A stretch of DNA of 64,000 nucleotides from Isurus oxyrinchus (taxonomy: Eukaryota): the NCBI GenBank assembly GCA_026770705.1, contig JANJGN010000037.1:496001-560000 (forward strand), in the 5' to 3' direction. Made by a program: the position numbers and the translations under genes. Under the pieces are notes generated by a model that was not told the origin of the DNA, ran no database searches, and was given only the letters and a program-made list of their open reading frames with translations. This document shows positions 10,472-23,744 of the stretch, piece after piece. How positions within the stretch are numbered: position 1 is the first letter of the stretch; every line of letters begins with the position of its first letter.

Positions 10472-13400
10472 GAATTACACCTGCACAGGACAGGGACTGA
10501 TGTCCTAGGGGGAATATTTGCTAGAGTGGTTGGGGAGGGATTAAACTAAAATGGCAGGGGGCTGGGAACCTATGCAAGGAGTCAGAGAACGGGGAATTAC
10601 GGACAAGAACAAAAGACAGAAAGGGGAATATGATAACTGATGAGCAGAGATAACAAGGGCAAGAATCAAACAGGGCCTCAGTGAAAAATAGTGGGAACAG
10701 GAGAAGTAATGTTAAAAATACAAGCCTTAAGACTTTGTGCCTTAACGCGGGGAGCATTCACAATAAAGTGGATGAATTAACCGCACAAATAGATGTAAAC
10801 AGGTATGATATAGTCGGGATTATGGAGACATGACTGCACGGAGACCAGGGATGGGAACTGAACATCCAAGGGTATTCAGTATTTAGGAAGGACAGACAAA
10901 AAGGTAAGGGCGATGGATTTGCATTGCTGGTTAAAGAGCAAATTAATGCAATAGTGAGGAAAGATATTAGCTCCGATGATATGGAACCTGTATGGATAGA
11001 GCTGAGAAATGTTAAGGGGCAAAAAATATTAGTGAGGGTTGTGTATAGTCCCAAACTGTAGTGGTGACTTTGGGAATGTCATTGAACAGGAAATTAGAGA
11101 TGCATGCAATAAAGGCACATCTGTAATTATGGGTGACTTTAATCTGCATATAGATTGGGCAAATCAAATTAGTAATAATACCGTAGAGGAATTATTCCTG
11201 GAGTGCATACGGAATGGTTTTCTTCAGCAATACGTTGAGGAACCAACTCGAGAACAGGCCATCCTAGACTGGGTATTATATAATGAGAAAAGAATAGTTG
11301 GCAATCTAGTTGTGCGAGGCCCTTTGGGGATGAGCAACCATAATCTGATAGAATTCTTCATCAAGATGGAGAGTGACATAATTGATTCTGAGACTAGGGC
11401 CCTGAATCTTAATAAAGGAAACTGTGATGATATGAGGTGAGAGTTGGCTGTGATGGATTTGGAAACATTACTTAAAGGGATGGCAGTGGATAGGCAATGG
11501 CAAACATTGAAAAAGTGTATGGGTGAACTGCAACAATTGTTTATTACTGTCTGGCACAAGAATAAAACAGGAAAGGTGGTCAATCCATGGCTTACAAGGG
11601 AAATTAGAGATAGTATGAAATACAAGGAAGAGGTATACAAATTAGCCAGAAAAAACAACAGGCCTGAGAATTGGGAGCAGTTTAGAATTCAGCAAAGGAA
11701 GATGAAAGGATTGATTAAGAATGGGAAAACGAGTACGAGAGTAAGCTTGCGGGGAACATAAAAACTGACTGTAAATTTTCTATAGGCATGTGAAGATAAA
11801 AAGCTTGGTAAAGACAAATGTAGGTCCCTTACAGACAGAAACAGTGGAATTTATAATGGGGAACAAAGAAATGGTTGTGCAACAAAATACATACTTTTGA
11901 CAGTTCTGTCTTCACAAAGGAAGACACAAATAACATACCAGAAATGGTGGGGAACACAGGGTTTAGTGAGAAGGAGGAACTGAACAAAATCAGTATTAGT
12001 AGGGAAATGGAGTTGGGGAAATTGATAGGATTGAAGGCCGATAAATCCCCACTGCCTGATCATCTACATCCCAGAGTAATTAAGGAAGTAACCCTAGAAA
12101 TAGTGGATGCATTGGTGGTCATCTTCCGAGATTCCACAGACTCTAGAAAGTTCCTACAGATTGGAGGGTAGCGAAGGTAACCCCACTAATTAAAAAGGGA
12201 GATAGAGAGAAAACAGGGAATTATACACCAGTCAGCCTGATGTCAGTAGAGGGAAAAATTCTAGAGTACATTATAAAGGATTTAATAGCTGAGCACTTGG
12301 AAAACAGTGGGAGAAACAGAGAGAGTCAGCATGGATTTATGAAAGGGAAATCTTGCTTAACAACTCTACTGGAATTTGGTTTATTTGGACTTTCAGAAGG
12401 CTTTCGACAAAGTCCCACATAAGAGATTACTGTGTAAAATTAAAGCACATGGGATTGGGGGTAGTGTATTCAGATGGATAGAAAACTGGTTGGCAAACAA
12501 GAAACAAAAGGTAGGAATAAATAAGTGTTTATCCGAATGGCAGGCAGTGACTAGTGGGGAACAGCAGGGATTGGTGCTGGGACCCTAGCTATTGACAATA
12601 TATATTAATGATTTAGATGAGGGAACTAAATGTAGTTTCTCCAAATTTGCAGATGAGACAAAGGTGAGTGGGAGGGTGAGCTGTGAGGAGTGTGCAGAGA
12701 TGATTCAGTATAATTTGGGCAAGCTGGCTGAGTGGGCAAATGCATGGCCGATGCAGTATAATGTGGATAAATGTGAGGTTATCCAATTTGGTAGTAAAAA
12801 CAGGAAGGCAGATTATCTGGATGGCTGTAAATTGAGAGAGGGGAATGTGCAACGAGAACTCAGTGTCCTTGTACACCAGTCACTGAAGATAAGCATACAT
12901 GTGCAGTAGGCAGAAAATAAGGCAAATGGTATGTTGCCCTTCATAGGGAGAGAATTCGAGTACAGGAGCAGAGATGTCTTGCTGCAATTATACAGGGCCT
13001 TGGTGAGTCCACATCTGGAATATTGTGTGCAGTTTTGGTCTGCTTATCTGAGGAAGGAAGTTATTGCTTTAGAGGGAGTGCAGCGAAGGTTTACCAGACT
13101 GATTCCTGGGATGGCGGGACTGACATCTGAAGAGAGATCGAGTCGGTTAGGATTATATTCGCTGGAGTTCCGAAGAATGAGGGGGGATCGCATAGAAACA
13201 TATAAATTTCTCACAGGAGTAGACAGAGTAGATGCAGGAAGGATGTTCCCGATGGTGGGGGGAGTCCAGAACCATGGGTCACAGTCTGAGGAAACGTGGT
13301 ACAGCATTTAGCATTGAGATGAGGAGGAATTACTTCGCCCAGAGAGTGGTGAGTCTGTGAAATTCGCTATCACAGAATGTAGTTGAGGCCAAAACATTGT

Positions 13401-13552
13401 ATATTTTCAAGGTGTTAGATATAGCCCTTAGGGTGAATGGGATCAAAGGATATGGGGAGAAAGCGGGAGCAAGCTATTGAGATGGATGATCAGTGATTAT
13501 CATAATGAAAGGCAGAGCAGGCTCAAAGGGCCGAATGGCCTACTCTTAGTTA
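10472..13552 (+). mobile_element. CR1 LINE: end of ORF1, near-complete decayed ORF2 (APE + RT) and 3' UTR
   Basis: IMGDFNL, EEPTREQAILDWV, YLDFQKAFDKVPH, IYINDLDEG..KFADE and PHLEYCVQFWS, with multiple stops and frameshifts. Absent from the paralog at ~57820-57900. Confidence 0.93.
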
Positions 13553-13559
13553 CTTTACA

Positions 13560-14452
13560 TGATCAGTAAGTCCACAGATGACACGAAAATTGGTGGCATC
13601 ATAAATAGTGATTACAGACAATATAGATGGGCTGGTAAGGCAGGCAGAGCAGTGGCAAAAGGAATTTAATTGTGAGTTGAGGTGATGCATTTTGGGAGGG
13701 CTAACACAGCAAGGGAATACACAATGAGTAGTCAGACCCTAGGGAGCACAGAGGATCAGTGAGACCTTGACTTAAATGTCCATCAATCCCTGAAGGGAGC
13801 AGCACCGGTGAACAAGGTGGTTAATAAGGCAAATGAGATACTTGCCTTTATTAGCCAAGCATAGAATATAAGAAGAGCTATGTTGGAGCTGTATAAAATG
13901 CTAATTAGGCAATAATTGGAGTCCTGTGTGCAGTTCTGGTTAGCACACTACAGGAAGGATGTGATTGCACTGGAGATGGTGCAGAGGAGATTCACCAGGA
14001 TATTGCCTGGGCTGGAGCGTGTCAGCTATGAAGAGAGACTGTATAGTTGAGAGTTACTTTCATTAGAGCGGAGAAGGATGAGGGGGAGCTGAGAGAGGTA
14101 TACAAAATTATGTGGGACAGAGACAGGGTAGATATGAAGAAATGTTTTCCCTTAGCGGAGGTGTCAATAACCAGGGGACACAGATTTAAGCTAAGGGGCA
14201 GGAGGTTTAGAGGGAATTTGAGGAAAAAAGTTTTTACCTAGAGGGTGGTTGGAATCTGGAACACACTGAGGAGAAGGTAGAGGCAGGAAATCTCTCAACA
14301 TTTAATAAGTATTGAGATAAACACTTGGAATGCCATAGCACACAGACAATGGTCCAAGTACTGGAAAATGGGATTAGAATACATTGGTGCTTGATGGCCA
14401 GCATGGACACGATGGGCCAAAGGCCCTGATTCTGTGCTGTATAACACTATGA
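13560..14452 (+). mobile_element. CR1 LINE 3' fragment (second subfamily)
   Basis: gatgacacgaaaattggtgg ... tgtgtgcagttctgg ... gatgggccaaaggcc 3' UTR. Confidence 0.85.
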
Positions 14453-14931
14453 GAGACACTATTACCTCTTGTGCAGGGCGTCCTCAACAAGGAGGCAAAA
14501 CTTTAAAATTAGAACAAGGCCTTTCAGGGGTAATTTCAGGAAGAACTTCTTCACACAAATAATGGTGGAAATATTGAACTGTTAAGGTCAACCAAAAAAT
14601 TCCAAACTGAAGCTGGTAGCTTCTGTTTGGTAACTGCTTTAAGGATTTCGAAACCAAGCTGGGTAGATGGAGTTAAAATAAAAATGACTCATTAAATGGC
14701 ACAGCAGACATGAGGGAGAATAGTTTATTTCTGTTACTATATCCTGATCTTCATAATCCTGGACCAAGCAGGATTTCAAATTACCAGCCAGTCTGAACAC
14801 GTTGCCTGTTAAAATTAATTCCTCCACCCCCTCTTCAGAAAGAAAAAGACTAAATCTGTAGGAAACTGAAATGAGGAGTCGTGTACAGCGAGGGAGACAA
14901 ATACAAAAGTAAATCATTTAATAAAATAGTT

Positions 14932-15836
14932 TGTCATGAAAATATAATATTTTTCATAATATTATTGTGATTTATTGTAAAGGTAAGTTAATAGTGGGGT
15001 TTGGATTAGTTTCTCTGATTGAGTTTGTGTGTGTGGGAGGCTTTCCAATTTAATTCCAAACAGCTAGTCTGGAGCTTTTGTGTTATCTAGGTGTTACCTC
15101 GGTTTGAAATGCTAAATAAGTAAACATGGCTCAAGTTTTAGAATGTGAGGAGTGAAGAACATTTGCATTTTTAGGTAAAGCAGAGTAGTGAATTTCAAAG
15201 AGATAGTAAGGTGTTACACCTCACCATATGAAGGCTAAGCCAAACAGTGTGTTTATTTTTTCCAAAGATTACTGATAGCATGAGAGCTGTGAAAGGTTTA
15301 TATTATGGAGAAAGTAAAGTTGCAGATACATATTGGAACAATGGGATTTTCATTAAAAAACAGAGAAACATGTATAAAGGAACAAGGGTTATCTGTAAGC
15401 AAAAGTCATGCTACCAACAAGTGTGAAAAGCCTCCAACTACAAAGTACCAAGATGCTGTCTACAGGAACTGCAGTGAAGAAAACTTATTGTGAATCCCCC
15501 TGTCAAGGGTATTTTGTGCTTTGTCTGGGTCTGTTGAATCTATTTTGTATTACTGTTACCTTAATGGAGGTGTAAATGGGAGCTCGATTAATTAGGAGAT
15601 TTAGCAGTTATTATAGTAGAAATTTGAAGGCCCATACATGTGCTTAAAATATTTTACTTCTGTTAATAAATATTTACTTTAGTTTTGTAAAAAAAATCTC
15701 TGAGTCTTAGTGGGCTCATTACTACTGAATTCAAGGTATGAAATAAAGTACAAATTGCAAACAGTCATGGCAGCTGTTTTAAGTTTCCGTCTGGGATTTG
15801 AGCAGCTCAGCAGTTGCTATCCACTGTGCCATAAAA
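14932..15836. mobile_element. Solo LTR (Gypsy-like) with 4-bp TSD AGTT
   Basis: Termini TGTCATG...CATAAAA (decayed CATAACA). AGTT at 14928-14931 and 15837-15840. Empty site with a single AGTT at 60708-60711 in the paralog. Related to 59135-59976. Confidence 0.8.
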
Positions 15837-16859
15837 AGTTCAAAAACCATCAACATTGGAATCCTGTGAGGGAAAGTCAAGTTATTAGTGAGAACTCTGC
15901 TGAGAGAACTTCATTGGAGAGCAGAGAAATCTGGTGAAGAATCCAAGTAAATCGTTACCAGCGAACAAGTCAACATTCAAAACTGGATCAACTCGTGTGA
16001 AGATCAATGAGTAAAAGCTGAGAGCTCCGTGTATCCTCAGTTCATCAAGTAGAGATATTGTCTGGATAAAGCATTTTGTTTAGGACAGGATTCACTGAAC
16101 TGGGAGGAGCAGACAGCTCATTGCAGAACAAGTAAGTCCTCTCTAGATTTTCCATTGTAAACTTCCAGTTTGTTGAGACAATTAATTCAAATAAATTAGA
16201 ATTACAGAGCAAATGAATTGAAAATGCAAAAACAATCTTCACTTTGTGATAAATAAATTGTAACAATTAAATTACAAACAAGAAATTGAGTAACCTGCAA
16301 GCTCAGACACAGTGGGAATACGAGTGATGACTTTAAAACATGGATAAAAACAAAATACTGTGGATGCTGGAAATCTGAAACAAAGGCAAAAATCGCTGGA
16401 GAAACTCAACAGGTCTGACAGCATCTGTACAGAGGAAGACAGAGTTAACAGTGTTTGTTGAGAGTGGGGATTAGGTGTGTCTTATGTCTGTGCGTACGCC
16501 AAAACAGGCTGATCAGAAATGTCAGATGATCAATACATTAGAGAGCCAAGCAGCATACAGAAAGTAAAAAGGAGAGCTGAGAAAGGTAATTAGGTCCCCA
16601 GAGTGAGAGTGTATGAGAAAGGGTTAGATGGTAACACAAAAGAAAACACTGCAGGACGTTACCAACATATGGACAGTCACTGAAAGGGTCGGCAGATTAG
16701 GAGATCCTGTGGAGGCAGAGAGCATGGCTGAGGGATTAAATGAAAACATTTCATCTGTCATCACAAAACAAGTGGATGCTGCTAATGTCACAGTGAAGGA
16801 GCAGCTGCTGGAGAAATTAGATCGGATAAAAAAAGATAGAGGAGACAATTACAGGGTTG

Positions 16860-17700
16860 GTGGCGCTTACAGTAGAAAAGTCACACGATCCGGATGAGAT
16901 ACATCCAAGATTGCTGAGGGAAGGGTGCAAATAGTGGAGACTCGAGCCAGAATCTTTCAATCCTCCTCAGATATGGGAGTGAAGCCACAGAACTGCAGGA
17001 TGTTAATGTTACATCCGTGTTTAAAATGGAGAGGGATAAGCCCAGTAACTACAGACCAGTTAATCTAATGCTAGTCGTGGGGAAAGGTTTAGAGACAATG
17101 ATCCGGGACAAAATTCATTATCGTTTTGTAGAACATGGGTTGATAAATAACAACCTGTACAGATTGGTTAACAGAAAATCAGGGCTGAAATAGTTAATGA
17201 AGTTCTCTGATGAAGTTTTAGACAACATTGACCAGGGGAGTGAGGGTGACTGTGTGTGTCTGGCCTTCCACAGGGGATTGAAACTGTTCCACATAATAGA
17301 GAAGTTAGTAAAATTCCAGCAGGTGGGATCAAAGGGGCAGAGGCAGCATGGACACAAAACTGAATAAGGGACAGAAAGGATAAAGTAGTGGTGAGCGGTT
17401 GTTTTTCAGAGTGGGGGGGATTGAGTCAGATCAGCCGGCTGTTCTATTCCCATTCCCAGAGCTCTTGTAAATTTTAATAACTTCCAGCCTACATCCAAGA
17501 TTGCTGATGACACTAGGTTAGGTGATATGGTTAGTAGTGTAGGTGTGAACAGCAAGTTTCAAAGGCTCATTGACAGATTCAGTGAGTGAACAAAACTGTG
17601 GCTGATGGTGGTCAACATGGGAAAGAGTGAGATCATCCATCTTGGAGCAAAGAAAGATTAGAGAATTTCCTAAACAGTCAAAAACTTGGGACTGTGGAGG
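16860..17700 (+). mobile_element. Old CR1 RT fragment with internal deletions
   Basis: gataagcccagtaactacagaccagt (NYRPV) and gctgatgacac (ADD) motifs. Confidence 0.7.
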
Positions 17701-19840
17701 AGCTAAGGGTGAGTGAGGGTGAGAGCGGAGTGAGACTGAAGGATGGATAAAGAGCAGTGGCAGAGCAGCCCGAGAGCCGCAGTGAGAGAGAGAAGGAGAG
17801 AAGAGTGAGAGTGTTGGGGGGGATAAAGAGCTGTGAGGGAGGGGTTGGAGCAAACTGGCCATGTTTATAATAAATATCCAAAGCATGATAACAGGGGAAA
17901 GGAAGGGACTGGTTGGTTTGTGCCGATTTCTCTAAATTAGGGCACTGATTTAAACAAGGAGCTGGAAAATTAAACATTTCAATCAGGGTAAGTACAACAG
18001 TAGGTACAATTGTAATAAGAGTATTAGTGAGGGCAGATCGAGAGGCATTAAATAAAATTAACAATTTAAACAAAGTAATGATTAGATTCTAAAAGAGGAA
18101 ATAGGGGTTTATTTCGATCATGGATGGGCAGCTGTGACCTGTTGCTTGCAGTTCCTGCCCCATGTGGGAACCTCAGGCCACTTAATGAGTCTTGGGGGCC
18201 AATTGTATACAAATCTCTCCAGCTGCTTGAGTTCAAGCTCAGAATCTCTGAGCTTGAGGGGCAGCTGGAGTCACTGCAGAGAATCAGGGAGGATGAGAGT
18301 TTCCTGGATCGTATGTTCCAGGTGGTGAAAACCCCAAAGGGAAAGATCGAGTTCAGGAATGAAGATGGGTGGCCATTCAGAAGAGTAGGAACAGGCAGGA
18401 AATGCAGGAGTCTGCGGGGTGTGTGCCACTGTCAAACCAGTCCTCAGCACTGGAGACCGCTGGGAATGGTGACACCCTGAAGAACTGCAGTCAATGGGTA
18501 AGAATCTGCACAGGAGGGAAAAGTGAAGAGTAGAAATGCAGTTGTTAGAGCAGATCCCATAGACAGGGGGACAGACGGGCATTTCTGTAACCGTCATTGT
18601 GAGTCCCACATGGTGTGCTGTCTCCTTGGTGCCAGGGTAAAGGACATCACGGAGAAGGTGCAGCATATTCTGCAGGGGGAAGGGAGTGAGCCAGAGGTTG
18701 TCGTACACGTCAGTATCAATGATACAGGGAGGACAGGTATTGAGGTCCCACAGACAGAATATCAGCAGCTAAGGAGGTTGTTAAAAAGTAGGACCTCAGA
18801 GGCAGTAATCTCTGGATTACTATTACTGTGCCATGTGCTGGTGGGAGTAGAAATGTAAATATGTAAATGTAAATGTCAATATGTGGCTTAAGGCCAGTGC
18901 AGGAGGTGGGAGGGGTTCAGATTCGTGGGGCATTGGGGCCAGTTCTGGAACAGGAAACACCTATTTAAAAGGAACAGGTTGCACCTTGATAAGACTGGGA
19001 CCAATGTCCATGTGGGGAGGGTCACTCGTGTGGTTAGGGAGGGTTTGAACTAAGCTCACAGGGGCTGGGAATCAGTATATAGAAGTAGAAAAGAGGAATA
19101 ACTAGAGAAGGAAGTAGGAGCATATAAGATAGGAGTAGATGAAGAAGTTCTAAGAAGGATACAAGGAACTGTTTCGATTGTATGTTTGTAATCGCATAAT
19201 GCGTAGTGAATAACGTTGGTGATCTCAAAACACAAAGAGCCATGTGGGAAAATGATGTAGTAGCAACGATTAAAACGTGGTTTAAAAATGGTGAGGATCA
19301 GGTTCATATTCAAGGATACAAAGTGTTCAGGAAAGAGAGAGAGGAAAAAAGGGAGGTGTAGTGAGAGGGAGAGAGAAGCAAATCTGCAGGGAAATCACAG
19401 ATGTGTAAGAATGATAGAGTGGTGATATCTGGGGATTTCTGAAATGTGTTCAGAGGCACTTCCTCGACCAGAATGTTCTCAGTCCAGTTAGGAAGGAGGC
19501 ATTGCTGGATCTGGTGTGGGGAATGAGGTGGACCAAGGTTGGCCACCTGAGCCAAGTGTCTGTGGGTGAGCCCTTGGGTAAGAGTGATTGGTAGAGGATT
19601 AAGTTCAATGGGAGGGGAGGGGATTTAGCCAGGGTGAAATGGAAGCAGAGATTGAAAGGAAAAATTGTAACAGACCAATGGGTGATCTTTCAGGAGGAGA
19701 TGTTTCAGATACAGAGTAGGTACATTCCAATAAGGGGGAAAGGGAGGGGAACCAAAGCCAGGGCTCCTTGGGTGACGAGGAAGATAGAAAACATGATGAA
19801 ACAATGACGCACGTCAGATGAATTCTTCAAGTGTGAGCCA
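17700..19840 (+). mobile_element. CR1 5' region: 5' UTR, ORF1 (coiled-coil + SGNH esterase-like) and a strongly deleted ORF2
   Basis: LQLLEFKLRISELEGQLESLQRIREDESFLD and VCCLLGARVKDITEKVQHILQGEGSEPEVVVHV are typical of CR1 ORF1; APE remnants follow after 19170. Confidence 0.8.
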
Positions 19841-20594
19841 GGTCATTGTTATTGCACGAGAATGTGGAATTTACTCTCTCCCTGTCCATCGCTGTTACTG
19901 TATGGGGATGTAGAATTAACTAATCCCTGGTATCTGTCAATCTGTACGTGAGTGCATAATTAACTCTCAACCTGGCAGTCTCTATTACAGTGTTTCAGGG
20001 CAGAATCATGATAACTTTCTACCTAAATGTCTCCATAAGTCCATGTGAGAATGGATTTAATTTTGTATCTGCCAGCCTTTATTACTGCAAGCGAGTGTGG
20101 AATTAACTTCCCCTCAATCTCTGTTACTGTGTTTGAGTGCACAAATAACTCTTTGTTAGTTGGTCTGTGATCCTGTGTTTCAATGCAGAATTACTTCTCT
20201 ATCCATCTTTGTTAGTGTGAGAGAGGGTGGAATTAATTCTGTATCTGGTGTTCTTTATTAGTGTATGAGTGGGGCATTAATCCTTTGTTCACCGCTGTTA
20301 TTTCATGTGAGAGTGTAATTAACTGTCAGTCTTTGTTACTGCATATGAGGGCAGCATTAATCATTCTTCTTCTCTATTGTGTAAATGAAAGTAGAATTAA
20401 TTCTCTCTCCATTGTCTCTGTTACTTTGTAAGTGTGAATTAATTCTATATCCTGCAGTCTCCAATAATGTATTTTAGTATGGCAAAAACACACTGGAAAT
20501 CTCTGTTACTGTATGAGTGCAGAATTCACTCTCTGTCAATCTATAATAATGTGTAATTAACACTCTGTCCATCAGTCTCTGTTCTTGTTTGCAA

Positions 20595-22550
20595 GTGGGT
20601 GGCTTTCAGGTAAGCAAACTGCAACTAGTAGAGTGCCACAGGGATCAGTGCTGGGTTCTCAGCTACTTACAATCTATATTAATGACTCAGGTGAAGGGAC
20701 AGACCATCAACAAATTTTCAGAAAACACATAGATAGGTGGAAAAGCAGGTGGTGAGGAGGGCACAAAGTGTCTGCAAGAGGATACAGATACGTTAGGTGA
20801 GTGGCAAACATTTGGAACACAATGTGAGGAAAATGTGAGTTTTCTACTTTGATGGGAAGAATAGAAAAACAAAACATTGTTTAAAAGATATATATATTAA
20901 TGACCGAGACTGTGGGTGAGCTGGGCATGATTTCAAAATTTGCATACGATACAAAGATTGGAAATATTGTTAACTGTGAACTTAAAAAGGCCATAGACAT
21001 GTCGGGGAAAGGGCAGACAAGTGGCAGATGAAGTTCAATGCAGAAAAGTGTGAGATGATTCATTTTGGCAGGATCAATCTGCTGAGACAGTGTAAAATAA
21101 AGGGAGAGTCACTAAAGGAGGTGCAGGAACAGAAAGACCTCTGTGCATACGTACATAGGTCACTGAACATGGCAGGGCATGTTGAAGAGCAGTTAATAAA
21201 GCTTATAGTATCATAGGCTTTAATTACAGGGTCATTGAGGATAAGAGTAAGGAGGTTATGTTCAACTTGTATAAAACACTTGTTAGGCCTCATCTGGAGC
21301 ACTGAGTCCAGTACTGGGTGCCACGCTTGAGGAAGGATGTGAAGGTATTGGAGACAGTATAGGGGTGATTCACAAGAATGATTAGAGCGGTAAAGAATTG
21401 TTAGTATGAGGACAGATTGGAGAGGTTGGGACTCTTTGCCCTGGAGAAAAGAAGGCTGAGAGGTGTTCAAGATACTGAGGGGTATGGATGGGGCAAATAG
21501 AGATAAACTGTTCCCACTCAAGAGAACATCAAGAACTAGAGGGCACATGTTCAAAATAATTGGCAAAAGGAGAAAATGTGATGAGAAGATTTTTATTTCA
21601 CCCGGAGTGTGGTTGGAGACTGGAACAAACTTCCTGAAAGTGTGGGGGTGGCAGGTTTGATCGCCGTATTCTAAAACGAATTGGACTGCTGCCTGAAAAG
21701 AAAGAACGTGCAAGGATAGGGGGATAAAGCAAGGAAGTGGGTCTAGATAGAATGCTCTTTCAGAGACCCACTGCAGACCTAAGGAGCCGAATGGTCTTCT
21801 TCTGCACTGTGAAGATGCTGTGATACCGTCGAGAGAGACTACACAATGTTGCAGTACAGAGGGATCTGGGTGTCTTTGTACATGAATCACAAGAAGTTAA
21901 TGTGCAGCTGCAGCAAGTAATTAGGAAGGTAAATGGAATGTTGGCCTTTATTCCAAGGCAGGGTGGAATATAAAAGTAGGGAAGTCTTGCTACGACAACA
22001 GGTCATTGTTGAGATGACATGTGGAGCGCTGTGTAAAGTTTTGGTCTCCTTATTTAAGGAGGGATATACTTGCATTGAGGACAGTTCAGAGAAGTTTGAG
22101 TAGACTGATTCCTGACATGAAGAAGTTGTTTTATAAGGAATGTTTAAGCAGGTTGGGCCGATCCCCATTGGAGTTTCGAAGAAGGAGAGGTGATCTCATT
22201 GAAATATATAAGATTCTGAGGGTAGATGTTGAGAAGAATGTTTCCATTTATGGAGAAACTAGAACCAGAGGGCACAGTTTAAAAATGAACATCTCCCATT
22301 GAAGATGGGGATGAGAAGGAATTTATTTTCTTTGTAATTGAGAACCCTCGAGTGCAGTGGAGGGTGGGTGGTGTCATTGAATATATTCAAGTTGACTGGG
22401 CATATTTTTGATCTACATGAGAGTCGAGGGTTATAAGATGGATGGGAAAGTGGAATTGAGGCCACAATCAGATCAGCCATGGTCTTATAGAATGATGAAG
22501 CTGGCCCGATGGGCTGAATGGCCTCCTCCTGCTTCTCTTTCTTATATTTT
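20595..22550 (+). mobile_element. Nested CR1 3' fragments (20900-21830 inserted into an older copy)
   Basis: gtgccacagggatcagtgctggg, MKFNAEKCEMIHFG, and two CR1 3' UTRs at ~21780-21820 and ~22500-22545. Confidence 0.85.
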
Positions 22551-23744
22551 TAATTTGTCAGTGTGGGATTGACCCTGTCTGTTCATCTCTTTTGCTCTAT
22601 TTCTGTGTGGAACTAATTCAGTCTGATCTACATGTGAGTGTGGAATTCATTCTTTGTCCATCACTTACTGAATGTGAGTGTGCAATTTAAATCTCAGTCA
22701 GTCTCTGTTACAGTGTGAGAGTGTGGAATTAAATCTTTATATCAGTCCCAGTTAATGTGTGAAAGGGGAATTAACTCTCTATCGGTCAGTCTCTGTTACT
22801 GAATGTGAGTGTGGAATTAACTACAATCAGTCAGACTCTGTTACTGTAGGTGAGAGTGGATCAAAGTCTCCATGGGTCAGTCTCTGTTACAGTGTGAGAG
22901 TGTGGAATTAAATCTTTATATCAGTCCCAGTTAATGTGTGAAAGGGGAATTAACTCTATATCGGTCAGTCTTAGTTACTGTAAGTGTGGAATTCACTTTC
23001 ACAGTCTTTGTTAGAATATCTGTGAGTGGAATTAAGGACCTGTCAATTTCCATTAACGTTTTACAGAGGAATTAATCTACAATAATAGAGACTAAGAGTA
23101 ATTAAGACAGTTATTCCACACTCTCATATTAGTCTATGTTACTCTATGTGAGTGAGGAATAAACAAACAACTTAGCAGCCTCTGTTAGAGTGTGCAATTA
23201 ATTCTCTGCAAATCTCTCTTATTGCATATGAGTGTGAATCTCTATCATGTGTGTAAGTGCTGATTTAGCTTTCTATCCGGACCATGTTGGTTGCTGTACA
23301 AGAGTGTGAAATTAACTCTGCATGATAACCTGTTGCTGTCGGTAAATAAAATTAAGTTTGTCAGTTACTGTATTGGAGTGTGGAATTAATTCAGTGTCTG
23401 TCAGTCTCTGTTACTGCATCAGCCTATGGAAGTAACTCTCTTTCAGGCTCTGTTACTTCAAAAAAGTTAATTCCACATTCATCATCTGTCAATCTGTGTT
23501 ACTCTATATGAGTGAGGAATTAATTCTCTTTCGCTTAGTTTCTGGTACAGTCTGTGGGTGTGGAATTCATACTTCACATGTTAACCTCTGTAGCTGTACA
23601 TAGATGTGGAATTAATTCCATGTCTGTCAGTCTCAGTCATGCGGTGAGTGTGCTCTTCACTCTGTGTCAGTCTCAGTTACTGTGAGTGAGTGTGAAATTA
23701 AATTTCAGTCAAACTTGGTTGCTCTCTGTGATTGTGGAATTACC

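Larger units (their letters stand above)
8390..16720 (+). repeat. Segmental duplication unit B, direct paralog of 55030-61640, with copy-specific TE insertions
   Basis: Collinear matches 8600~55236, 9505~56120, 9980~57355, 14540~58015, 15865~60738 and 16510~61425. Confidence 0.85.

Noticed and set aside
10758-13311. Active CR1 ORF2
   Set aside because: Broken into many short ORFs by stops, frameshifts and a deletion near 12375.
21060-21890. 276-aa ORF as a host gene
   Set aside because: It is the antisense frame of a CR1 3' fragment.
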